Positions 36,091 through 45,737 of a stretch of 52,586 nucleotides of DNA are shown in pieces; position 1 is the first letter of the stretch, and each line of letters begins with the position of its first letter. The notes under the pieces are model-generated. The model searched no databases. It was not told where the DNA came from and was given only the letters and a program-made list of their open reading frames with translations. The stretch is taken from positions 1 to 52,586 of the forward strand of contig JAFYTT010000246.1 of assembly GCA_017558715.1 (NCBI GenBank). The letters run 5' to 3'. This DNA is from Clostridia bacterium (GTDB taxonomy: Bacteria > Bacillota > Clostridia > Oscillospirales > CAG-272). The translations under genes were made by a program, and so were the position numbers.

Positions 36091-36528
36091 GTGAAAATTA
36101 AATTGGAAACCGTGTCGGACATGGGCGAGACGGAGGTTATCATCCGATGCAGGGAACTTGATGAGGAGACAGAGCGTCTGTTATCCACCATTCGTTTGTT
36201 TGCCAATACCATCATCGGAAAAAACGATAATAAAACCTTCATTCTGAAGCCGGAGGACATCTGTTATTTTGATACGCAGGACAATAAGGTTCTGCTGATC
36301 ACAGAGGAATCAACCTATGAAACCCCTCTGAAAATGTATGAAATCGAAGAGAAGTTCAAAAATACGGGATTTTTGCGGGTCAGCCGATATTCCATTATCA
36401 ATCTGCGCAAGGTTTCGTATTTGGAACCGCTGTTCAACGGCCGTATGGTAGCGGTCATGAAGAACGGTGACAAAGTGGTGATCACCCGTCTGTACATCCA
36501 GTCGCTGAAAACCGCGCTGGGCATGTAA
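36091..36528 (+). CDS. Stand-alone LytTR-domain DNA-binding regulator
   Basis: Trimmed to the GTG at 36091 (AGGAGG at 36073-36078). The C-terminal two thirds fit the LytTR pattern (ICYFDTQDNKVLLITEESTYETPLKMYEIEEKF..GFLRVSRYSIINLRKV...GDKVVITR). There is no receiver domain. The gene is visibly AT-richer than its neighbours. Confidence 0.8.
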   Translation: MKIKLETVSDMGETEVIIRCRELDEETERLLSTIRLFANTIIGKNDNKTFILKPEDICYFDTQDNKVLLITEESTYETPLKMYEIEEKFKNTGFLRVSRYSIINLRKVSYLEPLFNGRMVAVMKNGDKVVITRLYIQSLKTALGM

Positions 36529-36572
36529 TGCCCGTCGATTTGATGCTTGCAATGAGGAGGTGTTTGTGCTGT

Positions 36573-37049
36573 ATGAATGAAAACAATCTGCTGTATCGGC
36601 TGTTTATCAATATCTGTGTTACGGTCACACTCGGTTTGATCGTCGTGCTGATGGAATATCTGGCGCTCGGCGAGAGTGTGATCAGCACAAAAATTCTGTT
36701 ATATATCCTGGCATCCGGCATGATCGTCGGTCTGGTGTTTGAAGGTCTGTTTGCGCAGTATCTGCCGCTGTCCGGCAATCATCTGCGGCGCAACATTCTG
36801 TGGCGCAACCGTCTGATCTGCGCACTTGTCAATGCGGTAATCGTTTCCGTACTCGGAAAGGTGATGCTCGGTGCCGGCTCTTCCCTGATTTTCCTTCTTT
36901 TGTTATCTGTCGGTCTTTGTATTGTCGCGGTCATCATCGGCGGTATCATTTCCGATATCCGTTATCGCCATTCCATCAGTGAGATGAACCGCCGTCTCAG
37001 ACAGCTCAACAGCGTGATCGGAGATGCAGATCCCACGGACGGTGAGTAG
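36573..37049 (+). CDS. Small four-helix membrane protein partnered with the LytTR regulator (DUF3021-like architecture)
   Basis: Trimmed to the ATG at 36573 (GAGGAGG at 36554-36560). Four hydrophobic helices and a short charged C-terminal tail. Confidence 0.65.
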   Translation: MNENNLLYRLFINICVTVTLGLIVVLMEYLALGESVISTKILLYILASGMIVGLVFEGLFAQYLPLSGNHLRRNILWRNRLICALVNAVIVSVLGKVMLGAGSSLIFLLLLSVGLCIVAVIIGGIISDIRYRHSISEMNRRLRQLNSVIGDADPTDGE

Positions 37050-37138
37050 AGACACCGTACCGCATGGGTACATCTTCTTCCAATAAAGAATCTTTTTCAT
37101 AATTCTCCTTTCTTTATTCCTTCATTTTTGGTAAGTAT

Positions 37139-37178
37139 CGGCGGAAAACGTATGATGTACGTTTTCCGCCGGTGCTTT
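37139..37178 (+). terminator. Intrinsic terminator after the LytTR operon
   Basis: Perfect 13-bp stem CGGCGGAAAACGT (37139-37151) / ACGTTTTCCGCCG (37159-37171), then GTGCTTTTG. Confidence 0.7.
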
Positions 37179-37328
37179 TGTACGGACAGAATCACCCAAA
37201 CACAATAAATGTTGATTTTGTCGGATTATTTTGCAAAATCTCCTTGCTTTTTCGGATAGAGTATGATATAATTATATATTAGTATGATCTTATAATATAT
37301 GTTATTTTGATGAAAAGGAGCTATCATT

Positions 37329-38786
37329 ATGAAACGCATTGCTTACTTTCTCATGGCAGTCCTGACGGTTGCTTCTGTTGTTTCCTGTGCTGATCAGGCA
37401 ACGACAGATAACGGCACTGTTACCAAGTCCGATGACGCTGTCGCGGCAGAAACAGATGCGGTCACAGAAGAACCGTCTCTGCTCGATTCCCTTGGCGAAA
37501 AGGATCTTGGCGGCATGGTTTATACCATCTTCGACTGCAACTCCCATCCCGAACTGCAGATCAACATCCCCGGTGAGGAAATGACCGGTGATGTTGTCAA
37601 CGACGCGCTGCTGGCTCGTGACCTGTATCTTGAAGAAACCTACAACTGTGAAATCGAATATCTTCAGGAAAACAATGCCGGTATGCTGAAGACGATGGTT
37701 TCCGCAGGCGACGACGAATGGCAGATGATCATTCACCCGATGGCAGGTCTGACCTCGCAGGCAACCGGCGGTTATCTTGCAAACATGTGCGATATGCCGT
37801 ACATGGAAATGAATCAGAGCTGGTGGAACCCGCTTCTGTACGAAAACCTGCGTCTGCACGATGCAATGTACATCACCTCCTCCGATATCGCACCCGGTAT
37901 CTATCAGATGCCGACCTGTCTGTTCCTCAACCTCAAGCTCTACACCGACTATGACTATGATTTCGATATTTTCCAGTCTGTCATCGACGGCAAGTGGACG
38001 ATGGATCAGCTTCGCTCCATGATCAAGGATATGGACGTCGACATGAACGCGGACAACAAGTGGACCGTTTACGACGACTTCTTCGGTTTCGCAATGCACA
38101 ACTCCACGGAAGCCGTCCTGACCACCATGATCGGCTGCGGCATCAATATGTCCCGCATCGTGGATGACGGAACCAATATCGTCTGCGATCTGTCCAGCGA
38201 TTCGCATGCCATCGAGGTTGTCGAAAGCATTGTCGATATGTATCAGAACATCACCTGGACCGGTGATATCAACGACTACTCCAACATCATGTTCCAGGGC
38301 GACCGTGCACTGTTCTTCATGCACAAGCTCGAATCCGCCGCTGTCCATCTGCGTGACATGGATTCCGACTATCTGATCCTGCCCTCTCCGAAGTGGGACG
38401 AAAGCCAGGAGTCTTACTACTCCTTCCTGTCCCCGCACGGTTCCTGCTTCGTCGCTCTGCCGCAGACGGTTGCCGGAAACGAAAACTACGGTTTCCTGAC
38501 GGAAGCACTTGCCCGTTACTCCAATCAGCACGTTCGTCCGATCGCATATGATCTGGTTTACAAGGAAAAGGACTCCCGCGATCCCAGATCCGTTGACGTT
38601 CTGAACATCCTGCTCGACTGTACCTACATCGACTTCCAGTCCCTGTTCAATTTCGGTACGGTAAACGATTCTCTGCAGACGGTCTTCTTCAACGATAAGC
38701 CGCTTGTTTCCACACTCGAAAAGAGACAGGCATCTGTAGACAAGGCGATTGTCAAGCTGGTCGAAAACTGGATGCCCGTGGAATAA
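37329..38786 (+). CDS. Extracellular solute-binding lipoprotein, paralogue 4 (close paralogue of 3296-4753)
   Basis: 485 aa with lipobox VVSC, colinear with the 3296 gene (LLDSLGEKDLGGMVYTIFDCN, GDVVNDALLARDLYLEETYN, ...VENWMPVE). It appears monocistronic. The full-length antisense ORF 37302-38846 is judged a shadow. Confidence 0.75.
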   Translation: MKRIAYFLMAVLTVASVVSCADQATTDNGTVTKSDDAVAAETDAVTEEPSLLDSLGEKDLGGMVYTIFDCNSHPELQINIPGEEMTGDVVNDALLARDLYLEETYNCEIEYLQENNAGMLKTMVSAGDDEWQMIIHPMAGLTSQATGGYLANMCDMPYMEMNQSWWNPLLYENLRLHDAMYITSSDIAPGIYQMPTCLFLNLKLYTDYDYDFDIFQSVIDGKWTMDQLRSMIKDMDVDMNADNKWTVYDDFFGFAMHNSTEAVLTTMIGCGINMSRIVDDGTNIVCDLSSDSHAIEVVESIVDMYQNITWTGDINDYSNIMFQGDRALFFMHKLESAAVHLRDMDSDYLILPSPKWDESQESYYSFLSPHGSCFVALPQTVAGNENYGFLTEALARYSNQHVRPIAYDLVYKEKDSRDPRSVDVLNILLDCTYIDFQSLFNFGTVNDSLQTVFFNDKPLVSTLEKRQASVDKAIVKLVENWMPVE

Positions 38787-38974
38787 TCCTCTCGCTGTAT
38801 AAATTTCAAGGACTGCTGTGTCATCGACGCGGCAGTCCATCTTCATACTGTCGGGAAAAGATCACAAATACCTATTGACCTTTCTCCTGTTATGTGATAT
38901 ACTCAAATGCAGGGAATCCGTATCGAAAACATGAAGTTTGCAGGTTTTAACAGATAGGAATGTGAGGTAGGAAC

Positions 38975-39817
38975 ATGGAACAGAAAACAACAATCAGAGT
39001 CGCTTCCTTCAATATCGGTGATTTTACCACGGCAAGTGAATCTGCCGGAAATGATATCCGATACGGAAGCGGAACCCAACAGACGCTGGAGGAGTTTTGT
39101 GCCGTCTTCAAAAAAGTTCATGCAGACCTTTGGGGACTTCAGGAGGATTCCGAGTTTTTCTTCTACCCGGAGAAAATTCTTCCGTATGATGCACTGTACA
39201 AACAGATTCTGCCCAATTACGAGCGTGTTTTTACTCGTTCCTATAACGGCAAAGCCTTTCTGTCCCATCTCAAGCTATCCGATGTCACGCCCGTTTCCTA
39301 TCCTGCTGCGGTCACCAGCTATGCGCCGGAGGGGACAAACAGTTACGGTCATCCCTGGTTTTTATCCGGCAAAATCATAATTGGCGGCAAAGAAATTGCG
39401 ATCGTCAGCCTGCATCTTGACTGGAGCTGCAAGGAACGGCGAGCACAGCAGCTTGACAGCCTGATCGCTTTTGCAAAAGCACAAACGTCCTGTATTCTCA
39501 TCGGCGACTTCAATCCCGAAAACCTGATCAACGGTACGCTCTGTCAGGACGGCGACAGTGTGGCTCCCGATACGAAGAATATGTACAAAGCGGACTGGAA
39601 AAAATTCGACGATGCAGGACTGGACTATGCCAATGGCGGTCGGTTCGGCACTTTCGGAACCATCATGAAAAACGGCGTACCTGCGTCCCCGTATCCGTGG
39701 GACAACATTGTGGTTACGCCGGACATCCATATACGGAATGTCGAGGTTTTCTATGAGCCATGGATGAATGACCATGCGATTGTTGCCGCCGATCTTGAGA
39801 TCGATGGCATATGCTGA
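38975..39817 (+). CDS. Endonuclease/exonuclease/phosphatase (EEP) family protein
   Basis: RVASFNIG, WGLQE, VSLHLDW, IGDFNPE and NDHAIVAADLE motifs in EEP order. No signal peptide. Confidence 0.75.
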   Translation: MEQKTTIRVASFNIGDFTTASESAGNDIRYGSGTQQTLEEFCAVFKKVHADLWGLQEDSEFFFYPEKILPYDALYKQILPNYERVFTRSYNGKAFLSHLKLSDVTPVSYPAAVTSYAPEGTNSYGHPWFLSGKIIIGGKEIAIVSLHLDWSCKERRAQQLDSLIAFAKAQTSCILIGDFNPENLINGTLCQDGDSVAPDTKNMYKADWKKFDDAGLDYANGGRFGTFGTIMKNGVPASPYPWDNIVVTPDIHIRNVEVFYEPWMNDHAIVAADLEIDGIC

Positions 39818-39910
39818 TAAGAAAACGACGGTACAATCTTTTCAGAACCCCTTTTCATCTGCACCGATGTGTGTTATAATAAGTATAATATTACTCCCAA
39901 GGAGGTTTCC

Positions 39911-40828
39911 ATGAAATATATTCATACATTTTCGAAGGACATCCCCGTTTCGCAGGTAGCGCTCGGCTGTATGCGCATCTCCTCGATGACAGCTGCCGAA
40001 TGTGAGGCTTATATCAGCCATGCGCTGGACTGCGGCATCAATTATTTCGACCATGCCGATATTTACGGCGGCGGCAAGTGCGAGGAGGTCTTCGGCGCGG
40101 CACTGGCGCTCAATCCGTCTCTGCGTGAGAAGATGATCATCCAGACCAAGTGCGGCATCCGTCCCGGCAGATATGATTTTTCCAAGGATCACATCATTGC
40201 ATCCGCGGAAAAGTCGCTTTCCAAGCTCGGTATCGAACAGCTCGATGTTCTCCTGCTGCACCGTCCCGATCTTCTGATGGAGCCGGAAGAAGTTGCGGCA
40301 GCATTCGATCATCTGTACACATCCGGCAAGGTTCGCGCGTTTGGTGTATCCAACCATTCCGCACTCCAGATCGAGCTTTTGCAGAAGTATGTCGTACAGC
40401 CGATTACGATCAACCAGATGCAGCTGAGCATTACCAATGCGGCAATGGTCGCATCGGGCGCAAACGTCAATCTTGCAAACAAGGACGGCGTCAACTATGA
40501 CGGCTATCTGCGCGATTACTGCCGCCTGCACGGTATCACGATTCAGCCGTGGTCACCGCTGCAGCACGGATTCATCTCCGGCACATTCCTCGGTTCCCCC
40601 GACTATCCCGAGCTGAACGCAAAGCTGCGCGAAATAGGCGAAAAGTACGGCGTTTCCGATACCGGCATTGCCATTGCCTGGCTCATGCGTCTGCCCGAGG
40701 GCATGCAGCCCATCGTCGGCTCCACCAATGCACAGCGCATTGAAGAAATTGCAAAAGCCGCTGACATTACACTTTCACGTGAAGACTGGTACGAGATTTA
40801 CCGTACCGCGGGGTACAAGCTGCCGTGA
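39911..40828 (+). CDS. Aldo/keto reductase
   Basis: Trimmed to the ATG at 39911 (AAGGAGG upstream). GINYFDHADIYGGGKCEEVFG, LLLHRPD and VSNHS motifs. Confidence 0.85.
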   Translation: MKYIHTFSKDIPVSQVALGCMRISSMTAAECEAYISHALDCGINYFDHADIYGGGKCEEVFGAALALNPSLREKMIIQTKCGIRPGRYDFSKDHIIASAEKSLSKLGIEQLDVLLLHRPDLLMEPEEVAAAFDHLYTSGKVRAFGVSNHSALQIELLQKYVVQPITINQMQLSITNAAMVASGANVNLANKDGVNYDGYLRDYCRLHGITIQPWSPLQHGFISGTFLGSPDYPELNAKLREIGEKYGVSDTGIAIAWLMRLPEGMQPIVGSTNAQRIEEIAKAADITLSREDWYEIYRTAGYKLP

Positions 40829-41502
40829 TTTACCGTTACGATTTACATATTCATACCGCCGAATGTGACCTTGCGGCACACGTTCCCGCGGCGGAAATTG
40901 TCCGTATGTACCACGAAGCCGGTTATAACGGACTGGTCATCACCGACCACTGCTTCTCGATCTTCTTTGATTGGTTCAAAGAGGAACTGGATGGAAAAAC
41001 CCACAAGGAGATTACCGAACGCTGGCTCCGCGGCTATTATGAAGCAAGAAATGAAGGCGAAAAGCTCGGTATGACGATTCTGCCGGGTGCGGAGGTCCGC
41101 TTTGACGGTACGATCAATGACTATCTGGTCTACGGTCTTACCGAGGACTTTTTCTACAACGCACCCCAGATGAACCGTCTGAAAAATCTGAATGAACTGC
41201 TTGCGGTTCTGCCCGAGGATGCCTGCGTTGTCCATGCGCATCCGTTCCGCGTCAATATGACGGTCATCGATCCGACACCGCTGTTCGGTATTGAGATCTA
41301 CAACGGCGGTACCGATGCCTACCGCAACCATCTGGCGGAAGATTTGGCACTGCACTATGGCAAGGTCATGACCTCAGGCTCGGACTTCCATCATGCATCC
41401 CATCTTGCGCGCGGCGGTATCATGACGCAGACGAAGATCGAAACACCTGCAGATCTCGTTTCCGTGCTGAAAAAAGGCGCGTATTCCGTCATCAAGACAT
41501 AA
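40825..41502 (+). CDS. PHP-domain metal-dependent phosphoesterase
   Basis: GTG start overlapping the AKR stop. YDLHIHTAECD, ITDHC, HAHPF and GSDFHH motifs. Confidence 0.75.
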   Translation: MIYRYDLHIHTAECDLAAHVPAAEIVRMYHEAGYNGLVITDHCFSIFFDWFKEELDGKTHKEITERWLRGYYEARNEGEKLGMTILPGAEVRFDGTINDYLVYGLTEDFFYNAPQMNRLKNLNELLAVLPEDACVVHAHPFRVNMTVIDPTPLFGIEIYNGGTDAYRNHLAEDLALHYGKVMTSGSDFHHASHLARGGIMTQTKIETPADLVSVLKKGAYSVIKT

Positions 41503-41519
41503 TGATTCCGAAAATACAG

Positions 41520-41562
41520 ATCGGAGAGATGCCAGACACATCTCTCCGATTTCTTTTGTCTT
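41520..41562. terminator. Intrinsic terminator between convergent genes
   Basis: ATCGGAGAGATG (41520-41531) / CATCTCTCCGAT (41539-41550) followed by TTCTTTTGTCTTATTATTTTTT. Confidence 0.8.
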
Positions 41563-41563
41563 A

Positions 41564-42322
41564 TTATTTTTTCGCAATCAGCAGAAGCGTTCCTTCTACA
41601 CCAACCGTACAGTAAAGTACCTCGGAAAATCCCGCTTCTTTCAATACAGCGGCTTCGTCATACGCCATCTTCGGGCGATCAACATGGACAAAACCATCCT
41701 CACCGATGTCATGATTCATCGCACGGCGGATACGCCAGTGTTCCTCACACATTTCCACTTCTTCCTCACACGCGGCAAAGTAGTCACATTGCAGGAAGAT
41801 GCCGCCGTTCTTGAGTGCATCATAAACACGGCGGAACAGCGGAAGCTTTTCATCAAGAGAAAAATGGTGAATGGATTCCACGGATACGGCACAGTCGAAC
41901 ATTTCGGTTCCGAGAGGGACCTCAAAATAACTGCCCATTTTGACGGTGATATCCTTATCGGGATGCTTGGCATACAGTTGATCGACCAGCGCCTGTGTCA
42001 TATCGACACCGACCACTCGCGGAAACGGACGGTTTTCCCGCTTACAGATGCGATCCAGCGCGTCCAGTTCGAGCCCGGTTCCGCATCCGAGGTCAAGCAG
42101 ATTCTTGCAGTCTGCCGGAATGTGGGATGCTGTCACGTCATAGCACGGCGCAAACTGCATCATGTGTTCATCGTAGCCGTCCTCACGGCGTGTGAAGAAT
42201 TCGGACATCTCTTCTGCCGCACCGCGCTCGCACATCTGAGTGATATACGCGCGCGTATCGGCGAGGTGCTTTTCCATATCGGAACGAAGCGGCGGCAGTT
42301 CGTGATAGTTTTTGGTAATCAT
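41564..42322 (-). CDS. Class I SAM-dependent methyltransferase
   Basis: Motif I LLDLGCGTG and downstream acidic-loop VVGVDM. AAAGGAA RBS. Starts 3 nt after the SulP stop. Confidence 0.8.
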   Translation of the reverse strand: MITKNYHELPPLRSDMEKHLADTRAYITQMCERGAAEEMSEFFTRREDGYDEHMMQFAPCYDVTASHIPADCKNLLDLGCGTGLELDALDRICKRENRPFPRVVGVDMTQALVDQLYAKHPDKDITVKMGSYFEVPLGTEMFDCAVSVESIHHFSLDEKLPLFRRVYDALKNGGIFLQCDYFAACEEEVEMCEEHWRIRRAMNHDIGEDGFVHVDRPKMAYDEAAVLKEAGFSEVLYCTVGVEGTLLLIAKK

Positions 42323-42325
42323 CGG

Positions 42326-44002
42326 TTATTCCTTTTCGGGTGCTTCACACAGTTCACATGCGAGTTTCAGCGCGGCATCGATGTCGGGAAGCAGGTTTGC
42401 TTCGCCGATTTCACGGTCAAATCCGGCTTTTTTCATTGCAGCAAGCGGCTGTTCGTTGACATGGGAGAGCAGAAGCGTGATACCGCGTTCCTTGCAGACA
42501 GCCTTGATGGCACGAAGCGCGCGCATCGCAGAGATATCGAGCGTATGAACACCACGCATACGCAGGATCATCACGCGCACACCCTCTCTGATCGGAACCG
42601 CACGGAAGGTATCGGACGATGCAAAGAACATCGGACCTTCCATTTCGTAAACAGCGGTGCCATCGGGGATATGCTTGCCCACCTTGTGGACATGCTCGTC
42701 GTTGTAGGCATCCGCTGCAGACCATGCGCGGATATGCGTGACATCCGCCATATGCTTCATGAACAGAATGACTGCCAGCAGCATACCGACTTCAATGGCA
42801 ACAACGAGGTCAAAAACAACCGTCAGAACAAAGGTAACAACGAGAACGAGAATATCGGCAGGCTGTGCCGTCTTGCAGATCTCGACAAAGTGACGCCATT
42901 CGCACATATTGTATGCGACGATGAACAGAATGGATGCGATGATCGGCATCGGAATCCACGCCGCAAACGGCATCAGTACCACCAGAACCAGCAGGAGCAC
43001 CAGCGCGTGAACGATGCCCGCAACCGGGGTTCTGCCGCCGTTCTTGACATTCGCCGCGGTACGTGCGATCGCACCTGTTGCCGGAATACCGCCGAACAGA
43101 CCCGATGCGATGTTGCCAAGACCCTGTGCGATCAGCTCGGTATTGGAGTTGTGGCGATCGGAGATCATGCCGTCGGAAACAACGCAGGAAAGCAGGGATT
43201 CAATCGCCGCAAGCACTGCGATTGTGACTGCAGACGGGAGCAGATCACCGATGAGTGCCATATCAATGGCGGGGACAGACGGCGTGGGAAGCGTACGACC
43301 GATTTCATAGAGGTCACCGATGGTGTTGACGTTCATACCTGTCAGCTTGACAAGAGCGGTACCGGCAACAACGGCAATCAGCGAACCGGGAATTTTTTTG
43401 CCGACAACGGGAACATACGGCCACGCAATCAGAATGGCAAGTCCGATCAGACCGACGAGGAGTGCGGGGAGATGGAGCGTACCGATCGAGGATGCGACTG
43501 CCTCGACCTTTTCCATCGTTTCAACGGCATGGGTACCGGGTGCGAAGGTTAGACCGAGGAAGTCCTTGAGCTGTCCGATGACGATGGTCAGCGCAATACC
43601 GGAAGTAAATCCGGTCGTAATGGTATAAGGAATGTACTTGATGAGCGCACCGAAGCGGCAGATGCCCATCAAAATGAGCATAATACCTGCCATCAGCGTT
43701 GCAATGACAAGACCCTCTGTGCCGAACTGCGCGACAATTCCGGCAACGATCGTTGCAAATGCCGCCGTCGGACCGGAGATATTCACGCGGCTGCCGCCAA
43801 AGAAGGAAATGACAAAGCCCGCGACAATGGCGGTATAAATGCCCTTTTCCGGAGAAACGCCGGAAGCAATGGCAAGTGCGATGGACAAGGGAAGCGCAAT
43901 GATGGCGACAATGATGCCCGCGATCAGATCGCGTGTCAGAGCAGAGGCGTTATAGCCGCGCATCGTGTCCCTGGAAAACAATTTGGGCTGAAAGAGTTTC
44001 AT
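42326..44002 (-). CDS. SulP-family anion transporter with C-terminal STAS domain
   Basis: ORF 42326-44167 trimmed to the ATG at 44002 (MKLFQPKLFS...). LTRDLIAGIIVAIIALPLSIALAIASG N-terminal signature. The polytopic core is followed by a soluble ~120-aa STAS-like tail. Confidence 0.85.
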   Translation of the reverse strand: MKLFQPKLFSRDTMRGYNASALTRDLIAGIIVAIIALPLSIALAIASGVSPEKGIYTAIVAGFVISFFGGSRVNISGPTAAFATIVAGIVAQFGTEGLVIATLMAGIMLILMGICRFGALIKYIPYTITTGFTSGIALTIVIGQLKDFLGLTFAPGTHAVETMEKVEAVASSIGTLHLPALLVGLIGLAILIAWPYVPVVGKKIPGSLIAVVAGTALVKLTGMNVNTIGDLYEIGRTLPTPSVPAIDMALIGDLLPSAVTIAVLAAIESLLSCVVSDGMISDRHNSNTELIAQGLGNIASGLFGGIPATGAIARTAANVKNGGRTPVAGIVHALVLLLVLVVLMPFAAWIPMPIIASILFIVAYNMCEWRHFVEICKTAQPADILVLVVTFVLTVVFDLVVAIEVGMLLAVILFMKHMADVTHIRAWSAADAYNDEHVHKVGKHIPDGTAVYEMEGPMFFASSDTFRAVPIREGVRVMILRMRGVHTLDISAMRALRAIKAVCKERGITLLLSHVNEQPLAAMKKAGFDREIGEANLLPDIDAALKLACELCEAPEKE

Positions 44003-44220
44003 AATCAAATGACCTTTCTTAAAATAGATGGGATTTTTCATGGTATTTATAATATTATATCGCATTTCGTCGAAAATCTCAATAGGTTTTGAAAAATATA
44101 TACGTATGAATTTCCATAAATTTTTATGTGTATTCGCTTTTCCCCGCAAACAATCTGTCAATTCCATTGACTTTTATGCAGATTCGTGTTATAATGATGC
44201 AAATTCAAGGAGGAATTTAC

Positions 44221-44577
44221 ATGCGTTTGATCGGTAATCTGATATGGTTTCTTTTCACGGGACTGCTGTCCTGTATCGCGTGGTGTATGACAGGGCTTCT
44301 GTTCTGTCTGACGGTCATCGGCATTCCCTTCGGTGTGCAGTGCTTCAAAATTGCGCGGCTGCTTTTATGGCCGATGGGACACACCGTGACAACACATTTT
44401 TCTGCACATCCGATTGCAAATCTCATCTGGATTCTGCTGTTCGGCTGGGAGATGTGTGCCGGATATGTCGTATCCGGTGCGATTTACTGTATCACAGTCG
44501 TCGGTATCCCGTTCGGCTTGCAATGCTTCAAGCTGGCAGAGCTGTCTCTGTGTCCGTTCGGCGCATCGGTCCAATAA
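44221..44577 (+). CDS. YccF-domain inner membrane protein
   Basis: Trimmed to the ATG at 44221 (AAGGAGG upstream). Internal duplication of the (V)IGIPFG.QCFK(I/L)A motif typical of YccF/DUF307. Confidence 0.75.
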   Translation: MRLIGNLIWFLFTGLLSCIAWCMTGLLFCLTVIGIPFGVQCFKIARLLLWPMGHTVTTHFSAHPIANLIWILLFGWEMCAGYVVSGAIYCITVVGIPFGLQCFKLAELSLCPFGASVQ

Positions 44578-44614
44578 ATCCTAAAATATATTCAATCAAA
44601 TAAAGGAAAACGAT

Positions 44615-45610
44615 ATGAACATTCTTTTTACCGTCCCCGTCGGTTATAATCGGGATAAATATTTCCCGCCGAAGCTGATGGCGCGTCTGGAAGCACTCGG
44701 TGAGGTCATCAAAAATCCGAACAGCCGTCAGTATACCCGCGAGGAGCTGAAAGCACTTCTGCCCGATATCGATATCATCATCACACACTGGGGCTCCACC
44801 CAGTATGATGCGGAGCTGCTCGACTGTACGCCGCGTCTGAAGCTGATTGCACACTGCGCAGGAACGGTCGCCCATATTGCAAGCGAAGAAAGTTACAAAC
44901 GCGCCATTCCCGTTCTGAGTGCCAATCCGATTATGGCAAAATATGTTGCAGAGGGCGCGCTTGCGTATATGCTTGCCGGTATCCGCGCGATTCGTGCATA
45001 TGACGGCAATATGAGAGCAGGTCTTTGGCATCAGGACATGCCGCAGACCAACACCATCGTCGGCGGTGAGATCGGTCTTGTCGGTCTCGGTGCTGTCGGA
45101 CGAAATCTGCTTGATATGCTCCGTCCGTTCGGCTGTACGGTCAAGGTGTACGACCCATATCTTCCCGACGGCGCACTGGATGCATGGGACTTTGCATCGC
45201 TCGGTTCCTTTGAAGAAGCGATGCGGAATCCCGTTGTTTCTATTCACGCATCCCAAACCCCCGAAACCTATCACATGGTCAATGCAGAAGCGCTGGCACT
45301 CATGCCGGACGATGCATTGTTGGTCAATACAGCACGCGGTTCTCTCATTGATCCGGAAGCTCTGATTTCCGAACTGGAATCCGGACGCATCCGTGCGGTA
45401 CTCGATGTATATGAACGTGAAGGCTGTCGTCAGGACGAACGCCTTCTTGCGTGTACACGCAATCTGACCTTGCAGCCGCATCTTGCCGGTATGCCGTCGG
45501 GTTCTGCAATGACTGCGGCAATCATTGACGATCTGGAACGTTTTCTTCACGGAGAACCGCTGCAGCTTGCTGTCTCGCATACGCAATATCTGCATATGAC
45601 GCAGGAATGA
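44615..45610 (+). CDS. D-isomer-specific 2-hydroxyacid dehydrogenase family protein
   Basis: NAD-binding GLVGLGAVGRNL, VNTARGSLID, and catalytic His region LQPHLAG. Confidence 0.8.
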   Translation: MNILFTVPVGYNRDKYFPPKLMARLEALGEVIKNPNSRQYTREELKALLPDIDIIITHWGSTQYDAELLDCTPRLKLIAHCAGTVAHIASEESYKRAIPVLSANPIMAKYVAEGALAYMLAGIRAIRAYDGNMRAGLWHQDMPQTNTIVGGEIGLVGLGAVGRNLLDMLRPFGCTVKVYDPYLPDGALDAWDFASLGSFEEAMRNPVVSIHASQTPETYHMVNAEALALMPDDALLVNTARGSLIDPEALISELESGRIRAVLDVYEREGCRQDERLLACTRNLTLQPHLAGMPSGSAMTAAIIDDLERFLHGEPLQLAVSHTQYLHMTQE

Positions 45611-45672
45611 CACGTGACAATTCCTTTGATTCCCGAAAAATGAATAATTTCAAAAAGAATCCTGCATATAGA

Positions 45673-45701
45673 TTGACATTTTTTGAGAAACATGGTATAA
45701 T
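45673..45701 (+). promoter_or_regulatory. Sigma-A-type promoter of putP
   Basis: TTGACA (45673-45678), 17-nt spacer, TATAAT (45696-45701). Confidence 0.65.
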
Positions 45702-45737
45702 AATGCAATCATAGGAATTACATGAAAGGATACAACT

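Noticed and set aside
36903-37100. A 65-aa minus-strand ORF with a good AAAGGAGAATT-ATG start.
   Set aside because: Two thirds of it is antisense to the 3' end of the membrane-protein gene. The strong hairpin at 37139-37171 lies immediately upstream on that strand. The product has no recognisable features. It is left as unlikely rather than impossible.
37302-38846. A 514-aa ORF on the minus strand spanning the whole fourth SBP gene. Similar long antisense ORFs occur at 3155-4315, 5688-7115, 8406-9251, 9680-10600, 14137-15462, 17468-18730, 19239-20405, 20072-21673, 31376-32161, 41684-43552 and 46263-47288.
   Set aside because: Each lies exactly antisense to a gene with strong motif support. 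They lack plausible RBSs, translate to low-complexity Arg/Gly/His/Val-rich sequences, and in two cases run across gene boundaries. This is the usual stop-codon-poor shadow frame of GC-rich, codon-biased genes.
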